From IMG/VR virus record IMGVR_UViG_3300044723_007922, positions 1 to 25,426 of that record: a stretch of 25,426 bases of DNA. One strand, 5' to 3'. The position numbers and the translations under genes are program-made. A model generated the notes under the pieces. The model saw only the letters and a program-made list of their open reading frames with translations. It did not search any database and was not told where the DNA came from. The stretch comes from a virus (lineage: Duplodnaviria; Caudoviricetes). The stretch's first letter is position 1, and each line of letters starts with the position of its first letter. This document shows positions 8,553-17,932 of this stretch, piece after piece.

Positions 8553-9437
8553 TTAGATATCTAGTTTTATCTGTATTGTTGTTTCCGTATTTTTTGATTT
8601 AGGTAGTGGTTTGCTCAATTTTGCTACTGCTATCAATTCATTACTATCGTTATACAGTCCTACAGTTGTAATGTAAGGTTGAAAATAAGACCCTGTAATA
8701 TTATCTCTTAGACTGTTATCGCTACCTGTTAATGCAGTAGGGTTTTGAGTAAAGTTATATTCGTAGTCAGGTAGTCTCACAGTATAGTTATATGTGTATA
8801 TATCAACGTTAGACTTCCAAGATATATCTTGCTGAGGGTTTACTCTGTAAAACCCTTCTTGTTCTGCTTCTGTAATAATAGCTTGTCCGTGTGAATATAC
8901 TATAGTACCAACTTGTGATCCAGTAATTGAAGAGGCTCTTATTATTCCTTCTCCGTCATCGTACAATTTTTCAGATTCATAAGTATATCCACTTGGTATG
9001 TAACCCCCTGATGCAAACTGTGATTCTACTCCAAATCTAAATGTACCTGGTTCTACTCTATTACCGTATTTACTTCTAGGTATAGAGTATACCATAGCAT
9101 TATTACCTAATGCCCTTGAACCTGTTGCTAGAGAAGATTCTAAGAAATTTTCGTAGCTACTACTAACTTCTAATAACCCTGATGAAGTGTTATGGTTTTT
9201 AAAGTAAAGTTGAGAGAGACTACGATAGACTAATGAGGGATATTGTCCGTCACCTACATCCGAACCTGAGTAAGTGTTTTCATCAGAAAGGTAGAAAGTT
9301 GCTGTAGAACTAGAATTAGCTTGTAGAACTTGTATACCGTATGTGTCTAAAGATCCACTGCTTGCAGACCAAGATTTTTTAGCGGTATAAGATGTTACAT
9401 AAACATCTTGCTGATTTAGTTTCTTCCAAGCTCCCAT
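8553..9437 (-). CDS. Baseplate/tail structural protein, paralogue of 9441..10469
   Basis: C-terminal YNFTQNP...YITTVGLYNDSNELIAVAKLSKPL resembles the collar/fibre-attachment GLY..LIA motif. Confidence 0.65.
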   Translation of the reverse strand: MGAWKKLNQQDVYVTSYTAKKSWSASSGSLDTYGIQVLQANSSSTATFYLSDENTYSGSDVGDGQYPSLVYRSLSQLYFKNHNTSSGLLEVSSSYENFLESSLATGSRALGNNAMVYSIPRSKYGNRVEPGTFRFGVESQFASGGYIPSGYTYESEKLYDDGEGIIRASSITGSQVGTIVYSHGQAIITEAEQEGFYRVNPQQDISWKSNVDIYTYNYTVRLPDYEYNFTQNPTALTGSDNSLRDNITGSYFQPYITTVGLYNDSNELIAVAKLSKPLPKSKNTETTIQIKLDI

Positions 9438-9440
9438 TCA

Positions 9441-10469
9441 TTAATAATCAAGCTTTACTCTAATGAGTGACTCTTTTGTGAAATCTTTTAATAAAGGTCT
9501 CGAGAGTTTTGCAATACCTAGTAGATCGTTATTATCATTATAAAGACCAACTGTGGTTACATACGATTGTGGTGAATCTACCATTACACTGTGTCTTAAT
9601 TCTCCTGAACCTGTTATATTAGAAGGGTTTGTAGAGTAGTTAAATTCACTGTTTCTTGCTCTAACGAAAATATAATTAGAAGAAACTGTTTCTTCAGATC
9701 TTAAGGTAAACGATGCTCCATTTGAAATTGCATTAAAAAGCTTTACATTATTAATTGAACTAGTTGTAATTAAAGCAGATGTTCCTAAACCTACTCCACC
9801 GTATGCTGTTGAGTTATCTAAAGCGTCCCCGTTAAGTAGTATTACTCCAATATCCGGTAAAAACTTACCGTATGATCCAGATGTACTTGTATAACCGTAA
9901 GTTCCATCTGTACCGGTTCCTGTTGACCTAACACCAGCTGCACCGCTTATAATATTATACTCTCTTCCTGAGTCTCCGAAAGTATTAGTTGAAACGTAGT
10001 TACTATCATCTGTTAAGCTAAGAGTATCTGAACCTACTGTTAGCTTTAAAGTTAGAGAACCTGGTAGTAGTTTTTCTTTATATCTTGCTCTTTCAACAGA
10101 TATTGCATAAACCGACTCTACTGTAGTTCCTGCAAAGTTTAGGTTAGTCTCTTCTGTCCCGTTTATTAAGTTTCTATACTGTTTGTACACTACCTGTGAA
10201 GGTGCTGCTCCAGATACCTGAGAGTTAATTGGAATTGAACCGCTTCCTTGTAAATGTCCGTATGCTACAGAAAACTGTATTTCTGCTGAGCTTGTTTGTG
10301 CAAAATTGTCTTTGTACACGTTATAGTAATAGTCACCACTAATTCTAGCTGTTTGAGCTGAAGAGGTAAAAAAAGTATCTAAAGTTACTTTATTGTCTGA
10401 CCATGCTGGTGCTGTGATTGAATCAGCACTTATTACTATATCTTCTTGATCTAATCTTTTGAATGACAT
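9441..10469 (-). CDS. Baseplate/tail structural protein
   Basis: C-terminal FNYSTNP...YVTTVGLYNDNNDLLGIAKLSRPL. Also shares a PG(S/T) segment and a DD motif with 8553..9437. Confidence 0.65.
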   Translation of the reverse strand: MSFKRLDQEDIVISADSITAPAWSDNKVTLDTFFTSSAQTARISGDYYYNVYKDNFAQTSSAEIQFSVAYGHLQGSGSIPINSQVSGAAPSQVVYKQYRNLINGTEETNLNFAGTTVESVYAISVERARYKEKLLPGSLTLKLTVGSDTLSLTDDSNYVSTNTFGDSGREYNIISGAAGVRSTGTGTDGTYGYTSTSGSYGKFLPDIGVILLNGDALDNSTAYGGVGLGTSALITTSSINNVKLFNAISNGASFTLRSEETVSSNYIFVRARNSEFNYSTNPSNITGSGELRHSVMVDSPQSYVTTVGLYNDNNDLLGIAKLSRPLLKDFTKESLIRVKLDY

Positions 10470-10471
10470 AA

Positions 10472-11134
10472 TTAATTATTTACTTTGATTATAGTTACCG
10501 GTATAGTTACTCTAGCACCTGAATCTCTACCTACAATTTGTATAGTTGTTTGTAGTTGAGTTCTAGAAGTACCAAATAACGTATTTATTGAAGTAGCTGT
10601 TAGGTTTATAGAGGTACCTATAACTGTCTTAGAAACGTTAGTTCCTATAGTAGTTGTACTGTTTAATCTTTCTGCTTCTTCTGTATTGATACCTACACCT
10701 GTATAGTTAGACAGTACTCTTACATCAGCAATAGTTGCTGTATATCCACCTGCTTCAAAAGTTGAAGTGGCTCCTAAGTAGTTCAGCGTTTGAGGAGTAA
10801 TTGCAAGAGATGCTCCTTGTTTTAATGTTATCGCTGCATACCCTGCTTCTAATAAAGGTAGTTTAGATGTACCTCTAGGCAGTGTTGAAAGCTTATATTT
10901 CATTATCTGATTTTCGTCAGGGAAAGCTTCTAGCAAAGGCATATTTTCGATAGCCTCGCCGTAAAACGCCGATCCAGATGGATGTGATGTATTATATAGA
11001 GTATAATCAATTTCATCGTCCGAAAGGGCAAATTGAGTAATTTTGAAAGAGCCATCTCCTCTTGCTAAGAGCTCTCTTCCTTTCTTTGTTAAGATTGCGT
11101 CGACTGTTACGACCGAGTTATTTAAATATCCCAT
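10472..11134 (-). CDS. Baseplate/tail-collar-like structural protein
   Basis: ILTKKGRELLA...FKITQFALSDDEIDY resembles the N-terminal LTxxG...ITxFALGD motif of tail-collar proteins. Confidence 0.6.
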   Translation of the reverse strand: MGYLNNSVVTVDAILTKKGRELLARGDGSFKITQFALSDDEIDYTLYNTSHPSGSAFYGEAIENMPLLEAFPDENQIMKYKLSTLPRGTSKLPLLEAGYAAITLKQGASLAITPQTLNYLGATSTFEAGGYTATIADVRVLSNYTGVGINTEEAERLNSTTTIGTNVSKTVIGTSINLTATSINTLFGTSRTQLQTTIQIVGRDSGARVTIPVTIIKVNN

Positions 11135-11149
11135 AATTTTATTCTTTTA

Positions 11150-11157
11150 TATAAATA
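11150..11157 (-). promoter_or_regulatory. TATTTATA motif (putative late promoter)
   Basis: Intergenic, 15 nt upstream of the ATG at 11134. Recurs in other gaps. Confidence 0.55.
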
Positions 11158-11173
11158 TATTGTTTTAATGTTT

Positions 11174-12466
11174 TTATGTAGTACACGTATGAATGTTCCA
11201 TATGACCCTGCCTTCATCATTTACATACAGTATACTTTTTGTTTTTTCGATGTAGAGTTTTTTATCTGTGAGTTTTTCTGCTTTTGTAGTATCAGCTCTT
11301 AGTATGGTATCACCTACTACCTTTCGAACCTCTATTATATCTGATGGTAATGAGGGTGTGTAACCTGTAGCACCTGTAAGTAATGAAAGTTGGTCTCTAT
11401 TACCGTAGTAGTTTCTAACTACTCCATAACTTGCTGTAATATTAGGTAATGGTCCTCCTGATGGTCCAACCTCTAGGTTGACAGAGGTTACCTGCATTCT
11501 TTCAGGGTATGATGAGCGATTAGTTGTAAATATATCTCCTACTTCTAGATCTAATGCGTATCCGTCAAAACTACTTGTAAGAAGTTGGGTGGGACCGTAC
11601 CCGTTAAAAGTAATTGTAGTCTGTGTTGAGTTCCATCCTGGGTAGACTCTTACTTTATCTATTACTGTATCTATAAATCTTATATCGGGTGATGTTGCTA
11701 GTTGCTGGTTTGAGCCAGATAAATCTAGTACTGAAGGTGCATATAAAATATCTACAAATTCTCTATCAGCTAAGGATTTAGAACATATATCTACTATTGT
11801 AGAGTTAGATTGATCAGCACTAACTAAAGGATTCTTATCTAGTTCATATACCTCTGCTTGTACAAGTGCAGGTCCAAATACTGGTTCTATACCGTATTCT
11901 TGTTTAGAGGTTTCTGCTCCTCTATACCTACTATTTAAAATTCCTTCTGAAGTATAGTAAGAATCCGGCACTTCTGCTAAAGTAGCTGATTCTGAAATTA
12001 TATTATTAATATTAGTAGGAGTGATTTGATCTCCTACTCTATCTACATCAAATAAGTACCCACTTGCTCTACTTGAAGTTGCATTAGAAAAAGGAGCATT
12101 ATAATTACTATTACTAAAATTAGCAGGTTCTGGTCCTGGGGAGAATGTTGTGTTAATGCACAGTCCAGTTGCTAATTCTGATAATCCTCCGGTTGGTATC
12201 ATAAAAGGGTCTACTGTATAGTGATAGTAGGGTGTAGGTCCTGACTTATATGTACTCTCTGAAATAACTGCCACATATTCTGTACTGTTGTAATTAAACC
12301 CTATTTTTGTGATTTCAGACAACTCATCATATATTATCCTATTACTACAGTCTCTAGTTGATACGTTTATAGCTTGTATCTCTAAAGATGAACTAATATT
12401 CTCATAATAGAAATTAAGAGTATTATTTCCCGGTGGTGTATTGGAAAATTCAGTTAGTGTTGGCAT
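11174..12466 (-). CDS. Hypothetical structural protein (430 aa, Ser/Thr-rich)
   Basis: Long ORF within the tail module. No diagnostic motif recognised. Confidence 0.65.
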   Translation of the reverse strand: MPTLTEFSNTPPGNNTLNFYYENISSSLEIQAINVSTRDCSNRIIYDELSEITKIGFNYNSTEYVAVISESTYKSGPTPYYHYTVDPFMIPTGGLSELATGLCINTTFSPGPEPANFSNSNYNAPFSNATSSRASGYLFDVDRVGDQITPTNINNIISESATLAEVPDSYYTSEGILNSRYRGAETSKQEYGIEPVFGPALVQAEVYELDKNPLVSADQSNSTIVDICSKSLADREFVDILYAPSVLDLSGSNQQLATSPDIRFIDTVIDKVRVYPGWNSTQTTITFNGYGPTQLLTSSFDGYALDLEVGDIFTTNRSSYPERMQVTSVNLEVGPSGGPLPNITASYGVVRNYYGNRDQLSLLTGATGYTPSLPSDIIEVRKVVGDTILRADTTKAEKLTDKKLYIEKTKSILYVNDEGRVIWNIHTCTT

Positions 12467-12494
12467 AATCTACTTTCTTTTTGTATGAAACAGG

Positions 12495-13529
12495 TTATTC
12501 AATACCTCCTCCACCTCCATCACAGTCTATTGATGCAGCGCTACTTGCATAACTATTAGGATCTGTGTTAGTTATCTGTATAGTACTCCATGTAGTTCCG
12601 TCATCTGTTGTAGATCCAAGTCCAGGATAAGCTGCGCTGATAGCCCAGTATCGTGTTATTGTTCCTGATCCGACTATTTCCTCGCTTAGTTTGATAAAGT
12701 TAGCTGGATCTGTGTTACTTGCCGAACCAGTATCCGAGTAAACAGTTCTGTTGCTATTCTGAATATCAGACGTAGTAAACGGTGTTGGTAAATAAGCCCA
12801 TGCTGGGGTTTCCATACTATAGCTTGCACTACATAATCCTTCAGTAGTAGTTGCACCAACAGCAGGACCACCTATATAGAATTGTTGAATTGTGTCAGAT
12901 TGAGATGAACATTCTACTTGGATCGATGATAATGTACCGAAACCGATAGATATATACTTAGACCCTGATTTAATATATCCTGTCTCTTGGTTAGGATCTG
13001 CAAGGTTTTTACTGTTATACAATTTCATTAAACCTGTTGCATAGGAAGCAGTAAGGTTATAATATGTTGTTGATGTAGACATGTCACAAACTGATCCAGC
13101 ATCACCGTTAACCTCTGATGCTTGGAATTCATACCATACTACTGAATTACTAGGAGTAATACTAGGAGTAACCGATGGTGAAGCTCCTGGTGCTGGACTA
13201 GATGCTGGTGGACTAGATGCTGGTGGGGTAGCAGCCGGGCTTGAAGCTGGTGGACTAGAGTTTGGAGGAGATGCAGATGGTGATGGTGATACTGGTACCC
13301 AAGTAACGTAAGATTCTTCCCCTGTACAGGTTCCATTTTCTACACTACATGTTATTGCATTTACACTATCACTACTTGCTGTAAACCACATACCGGCTGA
13401 CAGACTAGATGCAGCTATACCGCTATTTGGACTTACAGTACCTGTAGATACTGAAGCTGCATATGTTGTTGCTGTACCACTGTGGCTTGATCCACTTGAG
13501 GTCATCGTTATAAAAATCGTTTGTGCCAT
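12495..13529 (-). CDS. Virion surface protein with a mucin-like Ser/Pro/Ala linker and Cys-paired domains
   Basis: SPPASSPAATPPASSPPASSP linker, six Cys in three apparent pairs, very Ser/Thr-rich. Confidence 0.75.
   Translation of the reverse strand: MAQTIFITMTSSGSSHSGTATTYAASVSTGTVSPNSGIAASSLSAGMWFTASSDSVNAITCSVENGTCTGEESYVTWVPVSPSPSASPPNSSPPASSPAATPPASSPPASSPAPGASPSVTPSITPSNSVVWYEFQASEVNGDAGSVCDMSTSTTYYNLTASYATGLMKLYNSKNLADPNQETGYIKSGSKYISIGFGTLSSIQVECSSQSDTIQQFYIGGPAVGATTTEGLCSASYSMETPAWAYLPTPFTTSDIQNSNRTVYSDTGSASNTDPANFIKLSEEIVGSGTITRYWAISAAYPGLGSTTDDGTTWSTIQITNTDPNSYASSAASIDCDGGGGGIE
13149..13299 (-). repeat. Coding low-complexity repeat (SPPASS/TPS)
   Basis: Repeated gctggtggacta units. 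13231-13258 is identical to 13872-13899. Confidence 0.85.
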
Positions 13530-13533
13530 TTGT

Positions 13534-13541
13534 TATAAATA
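13534..13541 (-). promoter_or_regulatory. TATTTATA motif (putative late promoter)
   Basis: Intergenic, 4 nt upstream of the ATG at 13529. Confidence 0.55.
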
Positions 13542-13573
13542 TATATTTTTTATCTTTTTCTTATTTTTTAACG

Positions 13574-16500
13574 TTATGGACAGTTACATGTTGAACATGA
13601 TGTTGTAAATGCTGAACCGTTCCAGTATCTTGTCTCTGTACCGTCGTTATAATGTCCTGCAAGTGCTCCTCGTGTACAGTCGCTAAATCTTCTCAGTGTT
13701 GTAGCTGTACATAAATAACCCGTATCAGACCATACAGATACTGGGTTACCACATGCTAGTTCACAGGACTCTGCATCATAGTCAAGGGAGTGTGATGTTA
13801 AACCACTACATGGATTACTAGCACTACTACTAGGAGTCACACTTGGAGTAGCTGATGGTGATGGGTCAGGTGCAGCCGGGCTTGAAGCTGGTGGACTAGC
13901 AGCCGGACTTGAAGCTGGTGGACTAGCAGCCGGACTTGAAGCTGGTGGACTAGCAGCCGGACTTGAAGCTGGTGGACTAGCAGCCGGGCTTGATGCTGGT
14001 ACTGGGCTAGAAGCTGGTGGACTAGGAGCCGGGCTTGATGCTGGTACTGGACTTGAAGCTGGTGGACTAGGAGCCGGACTTGAAGCTGGTACTGGGCTAG
14101 AGTTTGGTGGACTAGTCGAAGGAGTTGCTGTTGGAGTTTTAGATGGAGCTGGTAATGTGCTTCCTTCCGGTGAAGGTGATGGTGATGGTGATACTTCACA
14201 TTCTAAACAGTCTGTATAAACTGCTAGGTAGTCGTTAGTACTGCTTAATGCTTCAGCATCATCTATCGTATAACATCCATCAGGCATTAATACTACATCA
14301 TTTACTCCGATGCCTAGACCTACTCCAGCAGGTATTCTAACATCACTATATGCTCCTCCTGCTGATGGACATGCTGTAAGTGTGTAGAAGTTATAGTTAG
14401 TAGTAGGAGAAGGAGTTACTGTTGGTGTTACCGACGGTGTCACAGAAGGTGAAGGATCCGCACATCCTGTTAAGCCTCCACAGCTACTTTGTATCTCAAT
14501 TACATCAACTGTACAGTCAAATTCTGCTTGAGAATGTGATGCAATTTCCCAACATGTAGTATCTACCATTTCACCCCATGTACAACTACCACTTACTCTA
14601 ATTCCTAGACCTTCTGATCCTGCTCCATAAGATCCACTAACTCTTACAAGTCTAGTTGTACTAAAGTCGTTACACTCCCTAATTAAAAGGTTAGAGAATA
14701 CTGTTGGAGTAGCAGAAGGAGTATTAGAAGGCGGTACATAAGGACAAGTTACTATAGAATCTATATTACTACCTGTACCGTGGAACGCTGAGTTAATTAA
14801 GATAGATACACTACCACTTACTTGACCTTGTATATCAGACGCACCGTACCAAGTTAATCCACCACTATAAGGCATAGTTAAAGCAGAATCAGTAAAGATA
14901 GTATCTGATGTAGTAATGTTGGATACACTAGTTATACTTGATGTTACATACGCTGAATAATGTGTTATTTGAGCACATCCTTCTTGAGCTGATCCTGAAC
15001 CTCCTTGTTCTGGTGCTCCTAATCTTATCTCATTATAAATTACTGGAGAAGGAGATGGAGTTACTGATGGAGATGGATCTACAGTTGGACTTGAAGCTGG
15101 TGGACTAGTTGATGGACTAGCAGCTGGACTAGCAGCTGGACTAGCAGCTGGACTTGATGCTGGTACTGGGCTTGAAGCTGGTGGACTAGCAGCCGGGCTT
15201 GATGCTGGAGGACTTGATGCTGGTGGACTTGATGCTGGTGGACTTGATGCTGGTGGAGAGGCAGATGGTGATGGGTCTATATGTGTTAGAGACCCTGATA
15301 TTGTAAAGCTACAGTCTGTTGATACAGTAGGAGAAGGTGTTACTGTTGGTGTTACTGTTGGTGTTACCGACGGTGTCACAGAAGGTGAAGGATCAACTGA
15401 TGGACCTGTAGATGCTGATAATATAAAATTACATCCTGCAGAGGTAAAGGTGTATTTAAACGATGCATTACCGAATGTATCGTACTTATATATATTTTCA
15501 TCGTTGAGTTCAGAGGTAGAAGCTACAACGTAGCTACCAGAAAGTTCTCCGTCATATTTAGGTTCTTCTTGATTATGGTATGTATAGGTAGCTAAACCGT
15601 CTGGGGTCATAATAGATTCTGAATAGGCTGCCGTATATTGGTCTCTTCCACCGAAAGAAGCTCCATCGCTTCCTGTTCTGCTTCCGCTAGTTATAGACCC
15701 AGAGTATTCATTAAAAGAAAATGTTCCAGTTACCTGTTTTGCTTTATTTCTTTCTAGTATATGAGGTTTTACAATAATACCTGTACTAAGATTAGATCTA
15801 GCTGGTATGAAGTCTTTTACTGTCTTAAATACTACGTTATCGTAAAATTTTAATATTCTAGTAAAATCTTGTTGATTATTTGATCCTGTGAGTATATTTT
15901 CTAATATACTGTTAGAGCTAGAAATTAAATCTGCATAGCTACTAGATCCTGCTAAATTAGGATCACCAATAAATTCATCTATGTTATAACTACTAGAGCT
16001 GAGTGAATTTAAAATAGCTTCGTTTATTACATCTGTTTGAGAATATCCTATTTCTACTGCATGACTATCATTACTGTACTTTTGATCTCTTTTTAAAATA
16101 GAAGTATATTGTGATAAAGTATTACCGGTTGTAGTACTCCCAGTATCGTCTAATCTTACCTTACCTACAGATGAAGTTGTAATAAGTAACGGTCCTATAT
16201 TAACGTTTTCCGTAGTGTTTGATCCTCCTACACTTTTAACTTTCAACCCAGTGTGTGAACCTGAGCTGTATAATGTTGGTATACCGAAAGAGTTTAGAAG
16301 TGCTCGTACTCCTCTTTCTGTACCTTTAGATTTTAATAGTAGAGGAAGGTTGTGATAGAGTCTCTTGTAAAGTTCTTTTCTATAATTCTCTTCTGATGTT
16401 GCATTATTAGACGCTGATGTAAAATTAACAACTTGTTCACTACCTGTATTATACAGTTCTCCAGTAAAAGTTTTAAATAAATCTTCAGTTGATTTATTAC

Positions 16501-17932
16501 TAGTATATAACTTTATTCCAAAATTTCTTAATGCATCTTCTACTAAATCTTTTGAAATACCTTTATTAAGTCTATTATCGCTATTATACTTATTTGTTAC
16601 TGCTTTTGTATAAATCCATATATTATCGAAATGCTGAGCTATCATATGAATGAACGTAGCATAAGGTGCATTATTAGGATCTTCTCTTAAGTAGACAGGT
16701 ACTGTGTTAAGTAAAAGGTTGTTATTGGTATCATCATAAGTTGATGATGAAAGTAATTGATCAGCATACCAAGAGCCGGTAGCTGATCCGGTTGCGTTAA
16801 TATAAGGTTTTAAAGTATTCTGTTTAGGCCATGATGTAGAACCACTTTCGTAATAAAGGTGCCTATCGTAGTGATCAAAATTATCTAGAATAGTTTTTAT
16901 TTCACTTTCATAAAAATCCCTACTTCCTGATATACCAGCAGCTGTATTACTGCCGCTTTCTATTTCATTTAGAGTAGTCTGATATCCTTCTATAAGATCT
17001 AGCTTGTATTTAAAGTTTCGCAGTCTTTCGTTTATAGAGCTAAAGTTTGTAAATTCACTATAATCAGAATAATCAATACTAAGGTTTATACCTTTTTCTG
17101 CAAACAAAGAGTTTAATTCTCTATAAGAATTCTGGGTAGGGTAACTAAAAAGCTCGTTATAGTTGAATAGCTGAGAAGGTATATTTGATTCGTTAGTTTC
17201 GAACTCAGATTCAAAATTTGGTCCTTTTATGTAGGGTATTTCTATGAGATCAGAAACCGTTTCTGCGTCTATCTGGTATGCTACAGAATCAGTAATAATT
17301 TGCTGTATAGATAGTTTATCTTTTAGTACTATAGACTCTGGTAGGCGTTCGTATAATTTTACAATTACAGATTTATAATCTTTATAATCTAGAGTTTTAA
17401 TATTAACTCCGGCTACTATGTTGTTGTTTTGAAAATTAAGTCTTAGGTTATCGTAATAAGATAGTTTATTAAAATTAGATTTTATTATAGATGTTTTTCC
17501 CTCTACAGCATTACTGTCAAGCTGTGTTGTTAACAGTCTTATTTCTTTTCTATCAGGGGAAATTTCTTTAATGTAAAACTCTACTTTCTGTGTAGATTCA
17601 CTATATAGATCTTTTAGAAAATTATATACGTAGACTACACCTCCATTCTCATACTCACTATCTTCAATATCGTCTATTGGATCTAAAGTGAAAAAGGATC
17701 CTCCAGAGTTACCAGCAGTTTCACTACCTTGAAGAAATTTTACATCTTGATAATTGTAATTAGACTCTAATAGGTCTCCGTCTATAGAATACACATGAAG
17801 CTCAACAACATCCTTAGATAGGTCAAGTTTAGAGTTTATCTGAAATGAGTCTATTATTTTAGAATCACTGCTTGATAAATTCTTGAACCCTATAGGATCA
17901 ACGTTTGTGACTGTGTATTTAGTTTGTGCCAT
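13574..17932 (-). CDS. Large baseplate wedge-like protein (P2 gpI/T4 gp7-like core) with a C-terminal mucin-like, Cys-rich modular extension
   Basis: YHNLPLLLKSKGTERGVRALLNSFG (KGT wedge motif), position downstream of baseplate J. The last ~620 aa alternate P/S/T/A linkers with Cys-containing domains. Confidence 0.75.
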   Translation of the reverse strand: MAQTKYTVTNVDPIGFKNLSSSDSKIIDSFQINSKLDLSKDVVELHVYSIDGDLLESNYNYQDVKFLQGSETAGNSGGSFFTLDPIDDIEDSEYENGGVVYVYNFLKDLYSESTQKVEFYIKEISPDRKEIRLLTTQLDSNAVEGKTSIIKSNFNKLSYYDNLRLNFQNNNIVAGVNIKTLDYKDYKSVIVKLYERLPESIVLKDKLSIQQIITDSVAYQIDAETVSDLIEIPYIKGPNFESEFETNESNIPSQLFNYNELFSYPTQNSYRELNSLFAEKGINLSIDYSDYSEFTNFSSINERLRNFKYKLDLIEGYQTTLNEIESGSNTAAGISGSRDFYESEIKTILDNFDHYDRHLYYESGSTSWPKQNTLKPYINATGSATGSWYADQLLSSSTYDDTNNNLLLNTVPVYLREDPNNAPYATFIHMIAQHFDNIWIYTKAVTNKYNSDNRLNKGISKDLVEDALRNFGIKLYTSNKSTEDLFKTFTGELYNTGSEQVVNFTSASNNATSEENYRKELYKRLYHNLPLLLKSKGTERGVRALLNSFGIPTLYSSGSHTGLKVKSVGGSNTTENVNIGPLLITTSSVGKVRLDDTGSTTTGNTLSQYTSILKRDQKYSNDSHAVEIGYSQTDVINEAILNSLSSSSYNIDEFIGDPNLAGSSSYADLISSSNSILENILTGSNNQQDFTRILKFYDNVVFKTVKDFIPARSNLSTGIIVKPHILERNKAKQVTGTFSFNEYSGSITSGSRTGSDGASFGGRDQYTAAYSESIMTPDGLATYTYHNQEEPKYDGELSGSYVVASTSELNDENIYKYDTFGNASFKYTFTSAGCNFILSASTGPSVDPSPSVTPSVTPTVTPTVTPSPTVSTDCSFTISGSLTHIDPSPSASPPASSPPASSPPASSPPASSPAASPPASSPVPASSPAASPAASPAASPSTSPPASSPTVDPSPSVTPSPSPVIYNEIRLGAPEQGGSGSAQEGCAQITHYSAYVTSSITSVSNITTSDTIFTDSALTMPYSGGLTWYGASDIQGQVSGSVSILINSAFHGTGSNIDSIVTCPYVPPSNTPSATPTVFSNLLIRECNDFSTTRLVRVSGSYGAGSEGLGIRVSGSCTWGEMVDTTCWEIASHSQAEFDCTVDVIEIQSSCGGLTGCADPSPSVTPSVTPTVTPSPTTNYNFYTLTACPSAGGAYSDVRIPAGVGLGIGVNDVVLMPDGCYTIDDAEALSSTNDYLAVYTDCLECEVSPSPSPSPEGSTLPAPSKTPTATPSTSPPNSSPVPASSPAPSPPASSPVPASSPAPSPPASSPVPASSPAASPPASSPAASPPASSPAASPPASSPAASPPASSPAAPDPSPSATPSVTPSSSASNPCSGLTSHSLDYDAESCELACGNPVSVWSDTGYLCTATTLRRFSDCTRGALAGHYNDGTETRYWNGSAFTTSCSTCNCP
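13872..14116 (-). repeat. Coding tandem repeat: four near-identical 27-bp units (SPPASSPAA) plus 45-bp units (SSPVPASSPAPSPPA)
   Basis: gcagccggacttgaagctggtggacta repeated over 13872-13979, followed by longer variants. Confidence 0.92.
14415..14458. repeat. 44-bp exact direct repeat, copy 1
   Basis: gttactgttggtgttaccgacggtgtcacagaaggtgaaggatc, identical to 15351-15394. Confidence 0.9.
15043..15277 (-). repeat. Coding tandem repeat: 15-bp (PPASS) and 12-bp (SPAA) units
   Basis: ggacttgatgctggt and gcagctggacta arrays. Confidence 0.88.
15351..15394. repeat. 44-bp exact direct repeat, copy 2
   Basis: Identical to 14415-14458. Encodes DPSPSVTPSVTPTVT. Confidence 0.9.

Noticed and set aside
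13872-14116. Possible CRISPR array
   Set aside because: Units are contiguous with no unique spacers, are multiples of 3 and lie inside a CDS.
13837-14199. 120-aa His/Gln/Leu repeat ORF, and the similar ORFs 13139..13336 and 13081..13311
   Set aside because: Alternative-frame or antisense shadows of the stop-free coding repeats.
14415-15394. Possible DGR template/variable repeat pair
   Set aside because: The copies are identical with no adenine-specific mismatches, and no reverse transcriptase is present in the window.
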